A DNA stretch of 64,000 bases from Eledone cirrhosa. Lineage: Eukaryota. The notes beneath the pieces were generated by a model. It worked only from the letters and a program-made list of their open reading frames with translations. It was not told where the DNA came from and searched no databases. The translations under genes were made by a program, and so were the position numbers. The stretch covers positions 302,746,001 to 302,810,000 of the forward strand of contig OZ024742.1 of NCBI GenBank assembly GCA_964016885.1. Reading direction: 5' to 3'. Positions 35,748 through 48,814 of this stretch are shown here, piece by piece; position 1 is the first letter of the stretch; each line of letters begins with the position of its first letter.

Positions 35748-35823
<76 letters not shown>

Positions 35824-36014
35824 CCTCTCTCTCTCACACACACACATATATATATATATATATAACACAAGTAAGAAGTAACTATAAGGTACATAGGTAT
35901 CTGTAGATTAATACAGATATACAATACGTGCTCCAGGACTTTGAAAAGATATCTGCCCAAAGAGATCAAATCACCCTGTGCTTGTTGAATCGTCTAATAA
36001 AATGAATCTTCCCT

Positions 36015-36680
36015 GGTGCTATCCCTGAGTCCCATTGTGAATTTAGAGCTGGGCGGCGGGGTATTATGGACATGATTTTCTCAGCTCGTCAGCTTATGGA
36101 GAAGTGTGTTGAGTAGCAAGTGCCACTACAGCAAGTATTTGTGGACCTTACTAGAGCCTTCAATATTGTTAATCGTAATGCATTATGGGTCATATTGGGA
36201 AAACTTGGATACCCTCGTGAATATATTAGAGTATTGAAAAAAAACTCTATCAAAATATGAAAGCAAAAATGAACTTCAATCTGACACTGTCAGAACCCGT
36301 TTCAGTGGAAAACGGTGTCAAACAAGGTGACATACCTGTATCCACTCAGTTCACTATCTTCGTTGTGCTGCTGACATATGTCTTTCAAGATCTCGAAATC
36401 AGTGTATACTTGTGAATTAGAACCTCTGACGAAACCTTCAATCTGAGACGTTTTTACACCTAGTCCAAAGTATGTATTCCTCTATGCTGATGATGTAGAT
36501 TTTGTGGTACACACTGTAGAGGACATGCAGTTGATATTGGACAATGCATGTACTGTTAGGGGCTAAATATTAGTATAAAAAGACAAAGATCATATACACT
36601 TCAATAGTTGGGAATGTGTATGTGGAACCAGACATGTTTGTGAGAGGAAAAACATAAAAAGTGGTGGACAGCCTTGTAAT
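36015..36680 (+). mobile_element. Decayed RTE reverse transcriptase fragment
   Basis: PESHCEFRAGR, DMIFSARQLMEKC, FVDLTRAFNIVNR, GVKQGD and LYADD. Confidence 0.85.
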
Positions 36681-36874
36681 CGACATGATCAGGGCCGCAA
36701 TATTCGTTTTCAGTGTTAAACCAGGTATTTATCGATGACGTTTAAAGAGATGGCAATATTGTGGAAGGAAGCAATGATGATGATGATATATATATATCAT
36801 CGATAAATACCTGGTTTAACACTGAAAACGAATATTGCGGCCCTGATCATGTCGATTACAAGGCTGTCCACCAC
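36661..36874. repeat. Perfect 78-bp inverted repeat (36661-36738 and 36797-36874)
   Basis: The arms are exact reverse complements and extend imperfectly for about 20 bp more. Confidence 0.9.
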
Positions 36875-36893
36875 CTAATATCTTTTTCCTCTC

Positions 36894-36953
<60 letters not shown>

Positions 36954-37596
36954 AGGAAGTTATAGTTCACTTGAAGCATTGTGTAATAATAGACTAGAAG
37001 TCAACACCCAATTTATAACTTGATAGAGCACCTAGACCCATACTTACACCCCCCTCTTACACACACGCACACTCACACGCACACACACACACATACATAC
37101 ACACGCTTACACCTCCACTTATTCTCTCTCAAACACACACATACACACACAAAGACCAGTTTTAACACGATAGAGCATCTATCCCCCACATTTACGTATA
37201 GACATATCTTCTCATACACACACACACACTTACACCTTCAAGTATTCTCCCACACACTTAAACATACATGTACAAAACCCCTTTTAAAGGGAGACTACTC
37301 TTTATCCACCTAACCTTCACTCTTTGACATTAGAGATAGAACAGATTCTCCATACCATTTCCTGTCAGCATGACTTGGCAAGCTATTTAGAATGCTGGTT
37401 TAACCACTTTACTTCTCTCCGAAGAAGAGATATTATCTAAAAAATTAAGGATATTTAAATAAATTTAAGGTATTGTGTAACAAATAAATGATGTAAATTC
37501 GAATTTATTGACTTCTGCTTCATTGTTCGAGTATCTAGTACGCTGGTGCGTTATGGTACACCTTCTTTGTTACACACACACACACACACACACATG

Positions 37597-37685
<89 letters not shown>

Positions 37686-38594
37686 GTGTATATTTATACA
37701 TGTGTATTTGTATGTTAATTTGAGTAAAACAGGGAGCAATTGCACGTGTATAAACTTAATCTAAACTTCAGATAAATGGGACCCTATTATGTTACATTCT
37801 GTAAAATGATTTTGGAATCTAATTTATTTAGAAAACATAATGACAGAGAGGAATTCATCAACTAATAAACCCACAGGCGTGCTCACACTCAGTGGTCTAT
37901 TTTTCATAATTATTTTTTAAAATATTGAAATATAAAATGTAAATTCGTTCCTGAAATATTTTTCGCTCTAGTTCTTGCAGGATAGTGCATATTAGCTCTG
38001 CTTCAACAGAAAACTGCTACGGAAAATATAAACTTAATAAAGTTGTTTTAAAATCTATATATCTGGTGCAAGCTAACCCATCTGTTTTATCATCCTGTCA
38101 AGAGGTAGGATTGTGCAAATGGTTCTCTTAGGGGCCGGCCACTGAGAGGCATGAAAGGGTAGAAGGAAGTTATTCCCAAGCCAGAGACCTGGCCCAAATA
38201 ATTTTAAGAAAATGAACACCACAAAAGATGCCCTGCTACTTTATTTATCGATCCCGGACAGATAAGATGCAAGGCTGACTCTGCCAATCATCCACCTACT
38301 CCGAACCTTTGCCATGAGACATGATGTATTAAGTTTTATTTACATATGTTGAGTGAAATCAGTGACCAATATTTACTGTGTGAAATGGTTTAAGGTTTAT
38401 TGTATGTATTGTGTGAAAAGGTTATTGTATATAAAGAATTATTGAGATATGTAACACGTCGTGTTGCGTCAAATTATTGACTAATAGTCATCTATAAAAT
38501 ATGGTATGGTCCCGTTTACTTCTGATAAAGTCGTGGGTGCGCCGTATTTACATACGGCATTTCTTGGTCCTTTTAAGCCTGGCGAATATTTCTT

Positions 38595-38730
38595 CCAGAG
38601 AGAGAGGAAGAATCGACTGGTACTTTTTTTATCGACCTCAAAGTTGGGATTTGCACTTAGGGAGCAGAAAGTCGGAATGAATACCATAAATCATTCTATC
38701 CGACGTTCTAGCGACTGCCAATTCGTCGCC
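38595..38730 (-). mobile_element. Degenerate Meta-like SINE
   Basis: gactggtacttttttTATCGACC...ccgacgttctagcgactgccaattcgtcgcc. Confidence 0.6.
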
Positions 38731-40424
38731 TATCATCTATAAAATGTAGATCGATAAGATAAGAATATGACTGAAAGAAGCCTAGCCGCATTCAAATGAC
38801 TAAAACTAGTGAACGAATGAAACATACTCTGTGTTAGTATGTGGATGGGTGGTGTGTATAAGGTGAATATTTATTGTTAAATCCAGGATAGCAAAAAATT
38901 GCTTCGGCGGTCCTTCATTTATTTTTTGTCTAATAGTGTGTGTTTTAAAAACCATTGTTGTTGTTTAATTCTAAGTTCGCTTTGACCGAGCAGATCTATT
39001 ATAATATATCTGCTTTGATAATTATCAAAAGGCAGTTCAGATATGACACGGCTTTTTATATCAGCAATAATATATTGCAGAATACAGTATCCAGTATATC
39101 CGTAAGATGTCATTACTTCATTTATCGGATATTTAGCTGTCATTTCTAATAAGCAGAGTAACCACGTATTGCTATTATTGGAAAATAATTTCAAAATGCT
39201 TTTTAATCGAACCGAATGTTAAACTATTTAAAAATATATATTATCCTATGCTATCTATTTACTGAGGTGGAAATGCAAATATATGGATAGCTTATTGTTG
39301 ATGCTTCATGTTGTTTTGCCTCTTGTTATTATTCAGCAGTACTAAATGAGCAAGCGTACGATTAAAGAATTTCTAGTCGTGACCAATTAATTATTATTTT
39401 TTTTCAAGCAATCTAATGTGTTCTGCTTTTAGTGATTTTTCTGATAGGCCGAATGGCTACCATAAGGTCCTGTAGCAATAGAACATTTTAGCCGTATTAT
39501 TTTTTCAATAGTACTGTGGTTGTTTAGTCACAATTCAGCTGTGATTTAGCAGACTTATTATGAATGTCTTTCCAGCCGTGACTTCCCCTTTTAAGCATAT
39601 CAGTTCCTACATTATCCAATATGTCCTTCTTTATGTAAGGAATAATTGGATAACGTAAGACCGTTATATAAGCCTAGAGGCCCCTTCTTTATTTTTTCTC
39701 GTCGTTGGTTCATCTTTAGCCATTGTCCTATGTGTTTCTTCATTATTTAAGACTGCAGGGCATGATTTCAAGGACATTTGGCTGCTATTGCTCACGGATC
39801 AAACGATCACGTAGAAGCTCCATCATTGGTTGGTTTTGAAATACTGTTGTCCTTATTCCTTCTGTTTCTGTATTTCGCTAATATTGTTGTTATTGTTATT
39901 GTTTTTTGTTCCAGCAATAATTACTATGTCAAACATGCAAACGAGAATGACGTCTACAGACTGTTAGTAATTTGCTCTCTTCCCTATCTATAATAATTTC
40001 TCACTATTTCTCACAGAATGGCCTTAATTACTATCTTTTTCTCGAAACCTGCTACTCCTAATTTATATTCCCTGGGTTTCAATTCAGCTTTTCCATTTTC
40101 TCCCTAATAATATTCCTTGAATTGCTAATTTGGTATGACAGAGTAAAGGAGAAAAAAAAAGAAGAAAAATAGAAAAAATAACAGAAAAAAACCCTATCCC
40201 AGCATACAACTCACACCCCACTACAGTTTTAGAAATATGGGCAGACATTTTAGTTTTTTGTTTTTGCTGGAAGGCAACTCTACTGTCCGTACTTTCCTTA
40301 TTATCAATCCCGAAATGCAATTCTTCTATTGCTAGCTATCAGAAACTTACGACATTCGCCACCAACCTCCTCCTCCCTTTGCGTTACAGTCAAGTATTTT
40401 TGTTGTTCTTTTTAGTTTTATCTT

Positions 40425-41130
40425 CGTCATCATCATCGTCATCAACACCACCGCTACCACCACTACCACCACTAACATCATCGTCACCATCTGCATTGCC
40501 ATCATCACCACCAGCACCGTCACCGTTATCACCATCATCATCACCAGCACCATCACCGTCACCACCATCATCATCATCACCAACACCAACACTACCACTA
40601 CAATCATCGTCACCACCACCATCATCACCAACACCAACACCAACACTACCACTACAATCATCGTCACCACCACCATCATCACAACCACTACCATCGTTAT
40701 AATCACCACCACCACCACCACCACCACCGAGACATGATCAACACCACCACAAACACTACCTCCATCGTCGCCACCATCATCATCACCAACACCACCGCTA
40801 CCACTACCATCATCATCTCTATCATCACCTGCAGCAGCATCACCACCACCATCGTCATCCTCACTCCCACCACCACCATCATCACTCTCTCGACCATCAC
40901 CACCCCATCATCATCATCATTCCCACTACCACCACCACCATCATCATCACTGCCATCATCATCGTCATGGTCATCATCACCATCATCACCATCATCATTA
41001 CTATCATCACCTTCACCACCTTCATTACCATCGTCTCTGTCATCGCCCTCATCATCATCATCACCATCACCATCACCATCATCGCCATCACCATCACCAC
41101 CATCATCATCATCATCATCATCATCATCAT
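40425..41130. repeat. Degenerate (CAT/CAC)n trinucleotide array
   Basis: Read directly from the sequence. Confidence 0.95.
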
Positions 41131-41362
41131 AATCCTTCACAGGGACGCGATCTGCTTAAACAAACACAACTTGTAAAGAGCTGGTTAACGTATCAGAATG
41201 TAGCGAGCCAAAGCGGCCCGTCTAAGGAAGGAGCTCCGCGAGGTGGGGTGGTTGTTGCAGTGGGTATCACTGGCCATTGTCCACGGGGCGCAGCCTCAAT
41301 ACCACAGCACCCTAGGCCCAGAGCCCATCATCATCCTCTCCCCCCTTAATTATTAAATTAAT

Positions 41363-41433
41363 AGTTTCTACTTTTATGCACAAGGTCAGCAATTACCCAG
41401 TGCATTACAGTACTTTATTTTATCGACCCCGTA
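41363..41433 (-). mobile_element. 3' fragment of a Meta-like SINE
   Basis: gtttctacttt...caattacccagtgcatta...tttattttatcgaccccgta. Confidence 0.75.
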
Positions 41434-41730
41434 ATGGTGGTGGTGGTGGTGGGTGCTGGTAGTAATAACGATGAAGGTAGTAGTAGTGATGATGATGATG
41501 ATGATAGTGGTGATACACGTGATGGTTATGTCACTATTAGGAAGTTTTATTGATGTTTCGTAATTATTAAATTAATAGTAATTGCACATCTTTAATAAAT
41601 TGAACCAAAGAATGATGTCTGGTTTACCTCATTAAGTATGTTTAGCAAGCAGCTTACTACATGTTCTTTATGTAAAATGCAACTCTGGGAAACTTTCCTC
41701 CGTCATCATCTTTATCGTAAGATTATTATT

Positions 41731-42332
41731 GGTTTCTGGTTTAGGTACAAGGCCAACTATTTTGCAGGAGGGGAAAGTCAATTAAATTGATCCCAGTGCG
41801 TTACCCGTACTTTATTTTATCGACGCCATAAAGATGAAAGGCACAGCTAACCTCGGCGGGTTTGAACTCAGAAGGCAAAAGGCCGTAACTCTATGCCACC
41901 ACCCTATGATATTTGATCTAGACACAAGGCCAGCAATTTTGGAGGAGGGGAAAGTCGATTAAATCAACCCCAGTGCGAGACTGTTACTTTATTTTATCGA
42001 CCCCGTAAGGATGAAAGGCAAAGCTAAACTCAGCGGAATTTGAACTCAGAATGCAAGGGGACGTAACTCTATGTCGCGAAGCATGTAGTCCGTCCATCGT
42101 CTGATACTGAAAATCCAACAATAATGGTTTCTGATTTAGGCACAAGGCCAGCAATTTTGGGGGAGAGGAAAGTCGATTAAATCTACCCCAGTGCATTACT
42201 GGTGCTTTATTTTATCCACCGCGTAAGGATGAAAGGCAAAGCTAACCTCAGCGGAGTTTGAACTCAGAGTGTAAAGGGCCATAACTCTATGCCACAAAGC
42301 GTATTGTCCGACGCTCTACCGATACTACCAAT
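41731..42332 (-). mobile_element. Three tandem Meta-like SINEs
   Basis: Units at about 41731-41905, 41915-42110 and 42124-42332, each with ttttatcgaccccgtaaggatgaaaggc...tttgaactcaga. Confidence 0.85.
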
Positions 42333-43059
42333 CGTTTCGTTTTAGTCACACGTGCTTTGCACATGCATACACAGTATTAGAAACGTAATACAATATAAAA
42401 ATATGAATATCATTATAACAATAAATAATGTTATACTTTATATTTCTATAATTAATTCAACTGGCAATCGATGTTTATCATTGATTGACCAACAGTTAAA
42501 AATATCGATATAGATATATCCTCTCAGAGTTCTTTTGTCACACACCTGTGATATCATCAGCGATACTATGTCTCCCCTCGTTGTATTGGTGTAAAATAAA
42601 GAAAATTACCAACAAATGCCAGCTTATGTATGCCGTGAATGCGGGTAAATTTCTCACAGCTGTGCAGGACAATGGAATGTCTTTTGTCTGTGGGAAATCT
42701 CGCATCCACTATCCTGTATCACCTAGAGTCACTTCATACTCCTTCCAGGCATTTCCTTATATGGCGGATCATAACTACAATTCCCTGGTTGGTCACTGTT
42801 ATTTTCGCAGTTTATTCATACAAATATGGGAGTATGACTACAGCGGCCATCATTTTGTTATCTCTTAGAATGAGACGTTTGGCTTCTCTCAACCTTGCTC
42901 GTTTCTCCTCAAGAAGTATCTCCCCAAACGTCTCTTGTACCTCTTTCAAAAGGGCCGGCATTGTATTGTTATTGTTGTATATTTGGTCATTTTGCTGCCG
43001 CTGCACCAGTTAGTGCGGTCAGAATGGACATGAGAATGAATGATAGAGTTAAAACTTAC

Positions 43060-43335
43060 AGTGATATTACGGGTACAATAGTGTTGTTTTTCTCCTCATT
43101 ACAAATTCCATAGTATCCCTGACCGAGGTCGTTGACTTGATCATTAATTGTGGTAATGACGACGATGGTAGGGAAGGTACTATTGTTGTTGCTCATGCTA
43201 CTACCATTGTTAAGAGTGAGGATGGAGGCGTTGATTGTTTTGCTGCTACTGTTTAGGTCTTTATTCTTTAAACTTTCTACTAGAGGATGTAAAATATTTC
43301 TAGTGACAATAAACAGCTGATTCTCCTTCACATCT
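43060..43335 (-). CDS. Candidate 276-bp host exon encoding an Asn/Ser/Thr-rich peptide (unconfirmed)
   Basis: Open frame, upstream CTAAT...tgtacAG acceptor, downstream GTAAGT donor, phase 2-2 and non-repetitive sequence. No recognisable domain. Confidence 0.25.
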
Positions 43336-43679
43336 CTGTACAGTATTTGTCATTAGCTTCTCTTCGTCACACAAATTCATTTTGAAAACTGATAATTTAA
43401 TAGAAAGGTAATTTGCAAGTAAACATACATTAAAATGGGAGCTCTCTCACATGTGAGGGCCTACAAATCCAAAACAACCCCATCTTAATCATCATAGTCA
43501 CTTCTGAAAATATGCACAACAATAATTAAATACATAATATCTCTAAAAGGGCAACCTAACAAAAATTGTTTTCAAGCTTATGGAATTACAGAAACACGTG
43601 ACGTTCTGTTAAGTCGTGATAATAATATTAAAGATGGAATCTAACTATGAAAGCACCATAGTTGATTATATCCACATCA

Positions 43680-43815
43680 GTACTTAACTGGCTTATATTT
43701 CCACGACCCCGGAAGCATAAAAAATGTTAAATTCTGGAGGCATTTGAACGTAGAACGTAAAGGGACATAACTAGAAACCATATGGAAATTTATCCGTCAG
43801 TCTACTCTTTATGCC
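43680..43815 (-). mobile_element. Highly degenerate Meta-like SINE
   Basis: cgaccccggaagcataaaa...tttgaacgtagaacgtaaagggacataact. Confidence 0.5.
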
Positions 43816-44469
43816 TCTCCATCCGAAATGAAAAAAAACCCCCAAAAAACCAATATGCTTCTAAATACCACAACAATAGTTTGAAGAATAAAAAATAATA
43901 TATAACCAGTTACGATAATGGCGACCGTATTAGTAGGAAGTATGAGAATATATAATTATATAGCGAAATAAATAACAATAATTATTGAGATTATTACAGT
44001 GCCAATTCAAACCACAGGGATGAAAAATATATATACAACATTAAAAAAAAAGAGTAAAAAATTGTGAAAAATATATAAACAAGAATATATAAAAAAAATT
44101 GTCCCCCAACCGAAAAAAAAAAAAAATGAATTAGTCAAAATTGAGAGAAAACCCGCAGAACGTAAATGAAAATATATATTATATGACAGTAAATATATAA
44201 AATGTGAAATATAATAAAGAAATAATTTATATCACAATAGATAACATTTAAAAAAATCTGGGAAGAACAAAATAAATGTAACAAAATAATAATAATGATA
44301 ATGATAATTATATAAATGAAAAAGGATAGACTGCGAAAACAAAAAGAAAATAGAATGAAATGTTAAAACATAACAAAAAGCAATGAATCATATAAGAAAT
44401 GTGTGAAACCACAAATTAACTGAAAACATTTGAAAATATTCACAACTCAAGCAAGATAAATTTGCTATT

Positions 44470-44830
44470 ACTGCTGTAGTTGTTGGTGTTGTGATTGTTG
44501 TTGTTGGTTGTTGTTGTGGTTGTTGTTGTTGTTGTGGTTGTTGTTATCGATGTTGTTGTTGTTGTGGTTGTTGGTGTTGATGTTGTTGTGGTTGTTGTTG
44601 TTGTTGTTGTTGTGGTTGTGGTTGTTGTGGTTGTTGTGGTTGTTGTTATTGATGTTGTTGTTTTTATTGCTGTTGTTGGTGGTGGTGTTGTTGTTGATGT
44701 TGTGGTTGTTGTTGATGTTGTGGTTGTTGTTACTATGGTTATTCTTTGTTATCCTGCTGCTGTTGCTGTCATTCTGGTTGTTGTTGTTGTTGTGTAATGA
44801 TGCTGTGTTATGCTACTGTTGTTGTTGTAG
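44470..44830. repeat. Degenerate (GTT)n array
   Basis: Read directly from the sequence. Confidence 0.92.
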
Positions 44831-44879
44831 TACGGTCTTGTAGTATGCTGCTGCTGCTTTATACTGCTACTGCCGCTAC

Positions 44880-45305
44880 TGTTGTTGTGAGGTGTTTTGG
44901 GGGTGTAATGTTGTTGTTGTTATATATAATATAAGAAACCAATATTGTTGTTGTTGTGAGGTGTTTTGGTTTGTAATGCTGTTGTTGTTGTGAGGTGCTT
45001 TGGGTTGTAATACTGCTGTTGTGAGGTGTTTTGGGTTGTAATATTGTTGTTGTTGTTGCGAGGTGTTTTGGGTTGTAATACTGCTGTTGTTGTTGTGAGG
45101 TGTTTTGGGTTGTAATACTGCTGTTGTTGTTGTGAGGTGTTTTGGGTTGTAATACTGCTGTTGTTGTTGTGAGGTGTTTTGGGTTGTAATATTGTTGTTG
45201 TTGTTGTGAGGTGTTTTGGTTTGTAATACTGTTGTTGTTGTGAGGTGTTTTGGTTTGTAATACTGCTGTCGTTGTTGTGAGGTGTTTTTGATTAGTGATA
45301 CTGCT
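44880..45305. repeat. Minisatellite with a unit of about 37 bp, roughly 10 copies
   Basis: Unit gttgttgttgtgaggtgttttgggttgtaatactgct. Confidence 0.92.
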
Positions 45306-45483
45306 GTTGGTGTTATTGATGTTGGGTGATGTCATTACTTTATACCAGTGTTTCTCAAATTTTTCACACCCCACCAACGAAATATACAAGGACATTTAGT
45401 ATTGCACCCACCTCTAAAAATCATCACTCACTAAGACATTTAGGACACCCACCCGCTAACCTGTACCCTTCTGTAATAGGAAT

Positions 45484-45615
45484 AATTGTTTCTACTTTAG
45501 GCACAAAGCCAGCAATTACCCAGTGCATTACTGGTACTTTATTTTATCGACCCCGTAAGGATGAAAGGCAGAGTCAACCTCGGCGAGATTTGAACTCAGA
45601 TCGTAAAGGGACGTA
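45484..45615 (-). mobile_element. 5'-truncated Meta-like SINE
   Basis: Reverse complement of the 18103 copy core and tail. Confidence 0.85.
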
Positions 45616-45929
45616 ATAGGAATAATGACGGCAAATAAACGTATAATAAAATTAAACAGGTTTATCAATTTAAATATAAAGGTGCATCGTTTGCTAATAT
45701 GATTAAAATAAGAATAATCGATATAGAAAACATTATTTATTAATTGATAGATGTCATTTTCCTCAAATGAATGCATTGCTCTGTTAATATGCAGAACCTT
45801 GATATATACTGTTACATCTTCTGAGAGTTCTTACAGCAAACTATGTATGTGTTACACTGTGTATATACTACATTTAGTCATCTACAGAGAGATATTACTT
45901 CACACTATGTATATATTGCTATTATATAT

Positions 45930-46160
45930 CTCTCATCTCATTTGTCTCGTAGTCTGGTGGACCGTTGGAGTGCAACATATGACCTAGCAACCAGCTCCTT
46001 CCATTCCTCTCGCCTCTCTTGCCCTCCTCATGGTTGCACCCAGCCTCATACTTGTCCATTCCGGGATGTTGTCCTCCAATCCCTTTCTCTATCTACCTCT
46101 CTTCTTCCCTTCTTGTACTGTTCCCTGCAGGACAGCCTTGGCAAGCCCTGAAGATCTTCA
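45930..46160 (-). mobile_element. RTE-group 3' end fragment
   Basis: Minus strand gives RSSGLAKAVLQGTV...EDNIPEWT...REEWKELVARS, followed by a (TGAGA)n tail. Confidence 0.75.
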
Positions 46161-46339
46161 GGGCTATTGTATATATACTATGTATATTTCGCAATCTGTA
46201 TATACTGCGTTTTGTCATCAGTTGAGCGATATTACTCTAAACTACATATGTAATACACTGTGGGTATACTGCATCCGATCATATACTTCACTTTTTCATC
46301 ATTTCAGAGATCTTATTGCAAACTATGTATGTATTAAAG

Positions 46340-46528
46340 GGTAAAGAACCACTTCGGTCACGAATGACCGTGGCATTTGAACCTAGAAAGTTCCCCTCTG
46401 AGGCAAAAGTCCTGGCAGCGACGTGAAATAAAGTGTCTTGCTTCGGAACACAACGAATCACATGGTCCGAGAAGCGAACTCACAACCTCCCGATTTCAAG
46501 CCCAATGCTCTAACCACTAAGCAATGCA
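46340..46528 (-). mobile_element. CORE-like tRNA SINE
   Basis: cgtgaaataaagtgtcttg...gaactcacaacc...tgctctaaccactaagc. Confidence 0.75.
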
Positions 46529-47139
46529 CATATGCGTTACATTGTGATTATACTGCACTCTGTCATTTTTGAGATGTTACTGCAAGCTATATATGTATTA
46601 CACTGTGTTTATACTTTATGAGGGCAGTTAATGTTGAGTCTGCTGATATATCTTAAACGAAACTATGCATGTACAGCACTGCCAATTCTCTGTACCATGA
46701 CAATTATAGTGACATTGGTTGAGGGGTCTTACAACAAACTAAAGTTCATTAAGAAATTCTTGAGGAGCATAATGACACATGAGAGATTGAATAAACTAAC
46801 TTGAAGTTGTGGATAGGATTAGGAAATTGTCTTCTGTGAAATAAAAATAATACTATTAATTGTTTCTAGTTTTGTACAAGGCCAGAATAATAATATTACT
46901 AATAATAAAGTAATATGCTTCGAAAAGGCACTTGGTGCATGTTTCATTTAGTAATGAGAGTTTTCAATTCCAAATTCTAGAACACACTAAAGTAGTGTTT
47001 CAAAATTCTCTTCGCCTAGCAATTGGAAGTTTATTCCGCTCCCAATTCTACCCAGAAGAAATAAAGGCAGTGGTTGTAATTGAATTTAAAACGAATGTAA
47101 ACACAACTTTCTTATTTTAGTTATTTATTAATGTGAACA

Positions 47140-47338
47140 ACCGGCAGGAGACCCAGAGGTAGACCCGGAGCAAGATGGTTGGATACTATCTATGAGTTTG
47201 GCTTGTCTCGCCTGGAGATCCAGCCGGATCAGTTGGAAGCGGTTGCTTCTGACAGGACCCGTTGGAAGTAAGGTTTGAGGACTCTGCCTCCACGACCCTC
47301 TCTTGAATAAGTGGGCGGAGAAGTAGAACAACAACAAT
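47140..47338 (+). mobile_element. RTE/Expander-like 3' end fragment
   Basis: RRPRGRPGARWLDTI...EAVASDRTRW...LPPRP, followed by a (CAA)n tail. Confidence 0.75.
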
Positions 47339-47645
47339 TATTGATATAATTATAATAAGGATGATCAAATAGCTCACTTCGCCTAATAATGTGATCTCTG
47401 CGATTGATGACCGACAGCATAGTTTGCGAAATTTTGTTCAAAATTTCATAGAAGAATTCGTAAATCTCCACATTGAACCATCTCGGTCCTGTTTTGTTCT
47501 TGGTCAAAAATTGATGCATCAGAACCATTTTTTCACCAAACAGGAGGATGGAAAAGCAAAGAAAAGCAAAGGTTTAGCTATGTTTTCCAAAATCTGAACA
47601 GAATGAATTTTTATGTGGACAGATCTTTAATATAACTAAAGATTG

Positions 47646-47855
47646 AGGGCGGCGGATTGGCAGTAACCGTAGAGCGTCGGACAATATGCTTTGTGGCATA
47701 TAGTTACACCCCTTTAAGTTCTGAGTTCAAATCCCGCCGAAGTTAGCTTCTTTGCCTTTCATCATTACGGGGTCGATAAAATAAAGCACCAGTCACTCAC
47801 TGGTGTCGATTTAATCGACGTTCCCTCCCCCAAAATTGTTGGTCTTGTACCGAAA
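47646..47855 (+). mobile_element. Full-length Meta-like SINE
   Basis: GAGGGCGGCGGATTGGCAG head, GAGTTCAAATCCC box B and the core. Confidence 0.85.
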
Positions 47856-48814
47856 TCAGAAACTAATATAACTAAAGATTATTACTGAACAAATATTCGA
47901 AGTAAAATAAAACTTTTTGTCTGCGTGATAGAGGGGGAAAGCCGTGTTCGAAAATTGATGTGGAAACTTAAAAAAAACATTGAGTTTACTTTTATAAAAT
48001 CGAGTAATTATATAAGTTGTATTAATTGTGTAAATCTCCATCTTTTAGCACGTGCAGATGAGTTAATGCAAATTGGGTATTGTTTACTTCTTTCGACGAA
48101 AAATTGGGTTTAAAACAGCCAAATTCTATGTTTTTAAATTCTCTTTATATTATGTTGTTTTTTTCTTGTCAAAATTTTTGACTTTTCCATTTCTAACAAA
48201 ACAAGCAATCAATTGAGATTGAGATTCTTCAATTTTTAATTACGTTTTAAAAATAAGGTGTCGAAGAAGAAAAATATAAAGAATCAACAAAAAAAAAAAA
48301 AAAGAGCGCCTTGTTACGCTTAGAGTTAAAAACTACTCGAGCAAATTTTGATTAGTGAATTTGAACATGGAGTGAAATAGGTTTAAAATCAAGACATTTT
48401 CTTCGAAAGTCCGACGGCTGTGCTAAATATCTTCTAAAATTGTGATAACATTTTTTCTTCCCTAGCTGTTATCGTCTGCGGAGGAGTAAAAAACTTGTAT
48501 GTCTTTGAGAGAGTGAATCGAGGGACACTTGAAATGGATACCACTCAGCTAGAAGCCTGGATATAGTTGTCATAAATTCAGGTTTTCTAATACTTGATTC
48601 TACAATAGGAACTTTACATAAATTCATCAATTCGCATCATATTGGACTTTGCTGATTGGTGACAGAAAGGGTCGTCCATTTTCTGAGGACCAAATCTATC
48701 AGATTTTTAGCTACTTGGATTTGATTACCATTTCTGACATTGCCAATGACTACGTTGGTTCTCCTTCATTGTACTGTATGTTTTTTGTTGTATAACTATA
48801 TGGTAAACCTGCTG

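Noticed and set aside
40084-40320. 78-aa minus-strand ORF with a hydrophobic stretch
   Set aside because: The hydrophobicity comes from T-runs, and there is no clear splice or domain support.
44880-45305. CRISPR-like array of 37-bp repeats
   Set aside because: The units are contiguous with no unique spacers, there are no cas genes, and the context is eukaryotic. It is a minisatellite.
45346-45470. hAT-like terminus CAGTGTTTCTCAAA
   Set aside because: No matching opposite TIR or TSD was found.
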